The translations under genes and the position numbers were made by a program. The notes below the pieces were generated by a model. The model was not told where the DNA came from and ran no database searches. It saw only the letters and a program-made list of their open reading frames with translations. From the human T2T-CHM13v2.0 reference genome, Homo sapiens, in the NCBI RefSeq assembly GCF_009914755.1, contig NC_060926.1: a stretch of DNA of 64,000 bases, one strand, 5' to 3'. Position 1 is the first letter of the stretch, and each line of letters starts with the position of its first letter. Of this stretch, positions 59,711 through 64,000 are shown piece by piece.

Positions 59711-62134
59711 GACCACGTCTTCTTCTAAAAAAAAAAAATTTTAGCTGTGCTGAATACAAACACACCCACATACAGAAATTTTCCACTGATTTTAGGAACG
59801 ACCAATAGCCCCTAAATGTCGATTTCTTGATGTGTGAATAGAGCCGGCTTGAAACTCATTCTAGGGAGCACTACTCTGTACTCACACTTTAAAGTGTACC
59901 CACACTTCATTGATATGTGTTAACGAGATGTGGCTAGAAAACTAGGCAGCTGTCTTGCTGAGCTTTCAAAGGAGCAGATTGAAACTTGGAGCCAAGCTTG
60001 TCCATATTTGACCATTTTCACCTTGTGAAGTTGTGATGGAATTTACTACCATGCATTAGGTGGAAAATATGAGTAACTGCATTTGCTTCAGTAAGTAAAA
60101 TATATATTTTATTATTATTCTTAAAGTTGGGGAAATTTATGTTTTCTAGCTTTGTTGTACATAGATCAAAGAAGAGACCCTCATTTATGCCAGATTTCAT
60201 GATATATTAAATGAGCTATTTTTGCCTAGATTATGAGGTAACCAAAACTCTTTTTAGTTTAATTTTACGTTTAACTGGATTCAGATTGCTTCAACTGAAG
60301 AGTCAAAGGGCCTGACCTCTAATTCATTAACATAATCAGAAGCACATGTAAGCTACTGGCTGCCAATCTGTTTGCAAGTCAGTGACTACGGGGTACACAC
60401 AGCAGTCTTAGATGTTTTCCTCAGTGACATTCTGGGGATATTCTTAGGTGCACAGGCAGGAAAAAAAAATAGAGAAAGAAACAAAGAGAAAGGAAGAAAT
60501 TCCACGATGTAAACCAAAGTTTTCGTACAAACTGGAATCCAACTTTCTATAAGACTTAAGTCAGTTGTTTCTTTAGGTGGAGGAATCATAGACATGATTC
60601 TCTCCTTGCTGTCACAAATATTCTTCCTTGGGTTTTATTTATTCTACAATTTGTAAAAATTCTAGTGGCAGGTGATCATAATAGCTCCTCATGAGACAAG
60701 GTCTCTTGTGAAGTACTAGTTCTCCAAGCAAATTAACTTTTGGTAAGAATTTAAATAGGAGAGAAGGAAAATATAGGACTTCAAATACGTCTCCTGATAC
60801 ACATGGAGAGTTTAGAAGAGCAGAAAGAAAATCCTTTGTTGAGATGAAACAAGAGCACATTAAAGTGGGTGACGGCTGAGCCCTGTCTGTTCCTTAGAGA
60901 CTCTGCCCTGCAAGGACTTTCCTGAATGCACTCCTTTCTAGCTTACATTTTACTTTGTAAAGCAAGTTTCATTCTTGCAGAGGATAAAAAAAGTGGATAA
61001 AAAAAGTATCAAACAAAACCTTAGAGAAATAAATTAGATATAGTACAAGTCCGACTTTTATTTTCTTTCCCTGCCATCGGGCAAAAAGAACCAAAATATA
61101 TGAGATACCATTAATGTTGCAAACACTGTACAGAAATGAAGAGAGAAGGACATTGAAACCACTGACTCCGCAACATAGTAACGGCAAGCTACTATGGTAG
61201 CATTCTTTATTCAGCAATATTATTCAATATTTACTGAAGTGTCATAAAGAGGAATAGTTTGCATTTGTCTGTTTGGTTTTGGTGTTGTAACTCCTCCTCC
61301 CCATTATATGACAGCATCCTTATTGCTGATCCTCTCCAATTATTATAGTGCCTTATTGCCTTGCTTATATCTGTAACTAAACAAAGAGAGATTTGTCCCT
61401 GTAGACAAATTTCATGTAGGATATCTTAGTCATTCTCTTATTTACATTGCTTTCCCTTTGCACTGTAATTCTCCAAATCATAGTCACGTATTGTACATAA
61501 AATGTATGTCTTTGTCTCACAAGTCAAGGGCAAGAGAAATTTTGATGTATTTGTGATCCAGAAACACTCTTCATTCTTAAAATGATCTAAGAGAATAATT
61601 CAACTACTTCACCTGTAAGCATTCTTTGTGAAGTTATTTTAATATTACCCAGAATCTATTTGCCAACCTTGTTTTCTCCCAGATACGTGTAGGTGAGCCA
61701 TATAGAGTTTTATTAACACACTCCCTGATTCAGCAACTGGTAAATAGTAATTATTCAATATTTTGAATGCACTGGTCTGTTATTTTATATAAAGCAGCTG
61801 AGATTGAATGGGAGCATACCTAATGGCCCATGTCTGAAAATCCAGTGCCAAACTTGCATAATTAATTCTCAGGAACCAGCACGTGTTGCCCACTTCACAG
61901 AATATTTATCATTCATTCTATGCTCGTCTCCCTCTACTAATCACTTACTGCATTTTCACCTTCCTTTCCCATTACATTCCTCAAGTGGACTTTTTCTATC
62001 ACTTCCCAAAACTCTCAAGTTGCTTAATTTCTCAGTTTTCCTGGGAGCACTGTTGTTATTAGCTGTGTCTTTAGCCCGTACAAAATCCTTTCATCCGTCC
62101 TATTTCTGAGAGTCAGACCTAGGGCCAATAGAGG

Positions 62135-62290
62135 GAAGACTTTATAGTCAGAAGGAATCAGGTTTAAATGCCTGCCAGCTATTACCTGTGTTAACATTAA
62201 AAAGCTGATAAATCCTATAGGGACTTACTGTCCTCATCTATGAAATAAAGTGATACTTGCCTTGTAAAATTCTTATTTGTAGAACAGTCA
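62135..62290 (+). mobile_element. MIR SINE
   Basis: GGTTTAAATGCCTGCCAGCTATTACCTGTG...CCTCATCTATGAAATAAAGTGATA. Confidence 0.65.
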
Positions 62291-62769
62291 ATTTTCAATA
62301 CATATCCTTTTTTATACTCTTATTTATGTTGCCTCCCTCATTCCTGACTTTATTATTTGCAGGCTTCTTTTGTTTCTTTGCCCATGAATATCGCATTCTT
62401 TCATTTAACCCCATTGTTACTGCCCAGATGTGGCAAGCACTCCCCTTCCAGGTGATTTCCCCCACAGCTCCCCAGTTATCATTATTATGAACTATGAACT
62501 TGAAAGGTACAAAGTGGTTTGTCATGTTTATGTCTTATTTATATTTTTGGATGATCTGGCATTGAATGTATGAAAATGTTTGTCTTTAATCTTTAGTTCT
62601 CTACTGTAAATAGTAGAACTTTGTACTGATTCTTGATAACCCTGTTTCCCATCATTGTTTTGCCTAATGGTTGGACAACAAATAGTTGTCTCCATTCTCA
62701 TATAGCTGGAAAAGAAAACGGCCTTTAAAGTGAAGACTAGTATTTGGTAGTGCTTTAGTGCCTTGTTAT

Positions 62770-62920
62770 TCTAGGCATGGTCCTGGGATCATCAGCATCA
62801 GTGTTTGCATGGGAGCTTGTTAGAAATGCTGAGTCTCAGGCCCTAGCTAGACCTGGTGAATCTGAATGTTATATGATCCCCAGGTCATTGCTATGCACAG
62901 CAGATTTTGAGAACTGCTTT
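62770..62920. mobile_element. MER5A/B-like hAT-Charlie MITE
   Basis: CAGCATCAG..GGGAGCTTGTTAGAAATGC..TCTCAGGCCC..AGACCT..TGAATC..TTTGAGAAC. Confidence 0.85.
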
Positions 62921-64000
62921 ACAGCCCATTGATTAAAAGAAGTGAAAGCGATTTTTGAACTGGAAAAAAGTCAGAAAGATAGAGGCAATATTTAAATGTC
63001 ATTCATGAACTAGGGAATGTTGGGAGTAGGGGAGAACTGAAAAGAAGTCTGAATTTTGAAACCTCCCATAAGGTAAATGATAAACTGATTGCCAATATAA
63101 GGGACAACTGATGAAATCTAAAGGTAGATTTTTCTGCTTAGAGCTGAACTGAAGCCATGAAAAATGTTGTTAGTAACTAGCCTGATGTTTTAAAAAAAGA
63201 ATTACCAAGTGACATATTTCTAGATTAAAAGGAAATATTAAAACTGGCTTTCAATATTTAAAGCTTACTTAACTAGTAACACTTGCTTGACACTGACTCA
63301 TGTCATTTTATTTCATTCTTCTTTTGATCCATGCAAATAGTTACAAGATTTAAGATATACTATCATGTCACTTTTTTGAATAGATTAGATAAAAGAATTT
63401 TTTAATACTGGGTGATAAACCCTATGGCCAAGGCTTCACGATACTTGCAATAAAGCAGTGAATCTAGGCAAGAAGAAAGCCATATTTTCCTTTTTAAAAT
63501 AATGAAAATGCATTATTTCTACCTACTATTTCAATATTGTGCTCACTGATAATTAATGAGAAGTCTTGTGGCCACTTATTTGAGGTATTTCCCTGCATGC
63601 AGGAGTTGTCCATATTAATTTTATTTACAGGATCAAAAAGTGACAAACCATCAGTATTGCTTCCCCTTTGATTATTAAGATGCGAAGGATATCATGAGAA
63701 GTATTAACATAAAATCAAAGTAGTCCTTTTCTGCTTTATTTTAAATTTGCTCAGGTTTTTTTTTTCTTTTTCTTTGCTTTACATTTAAAGAACTAGGTTC
63801 CTTTCCCATACTTGGTATGTAGTACATCTTTTTTCTCCGAGTTAATTCTCCAAGTCTGGTCTGTCAGCCAGTATAAACAACACTTGATGAATGAGACTCA
63901 AGGTGTTTAGTCACCTGAAGCAGCTGTTTGAAGTAACTCTACACACAGCCTGAGGCCTGTGTTTTCACAGCTGTGAGAACTCTTCAAAAGCTTTCCCTCT

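Overview
AT-rich primate (human/great-ape-like) nuclear DNA, most likely intergenic or deep intronic. I recognise no protein-coding gene, RNA gene or prokaryotic system. The first ~23 kb and 42-47 kb are dominated by LINE-1 remnants, including two twin-primed 5'-inverted L1PAs with exact TSDs and an L1MA that keeps both ends and a TSD but has a multi-kb internal deletion. There are also about ten Alus/FLAM, ERVL/MaLR solo LTRs, hAT and Tigger MITEs, MIR and L2. The long ORFs in the track are L1 ORF2 fragments; the rest are repeat-derived or chance. The most interesting signal is a heavily decayed, frameshifted hAT/ZBED-like transposase trace whose motifs occur in the correct order over ~3670-4710 and ~7020-7230, split by a young L1. 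Other signals are several templated or inverted micro-rearrangements, a slippage-built minisatellite at 38.2 kb, and a repeat-poor, CpG-retaining, enhancer-like zone at 47.6-52 kb. Repeat subfamily names come from remembered consensus sequences, not from a database search.
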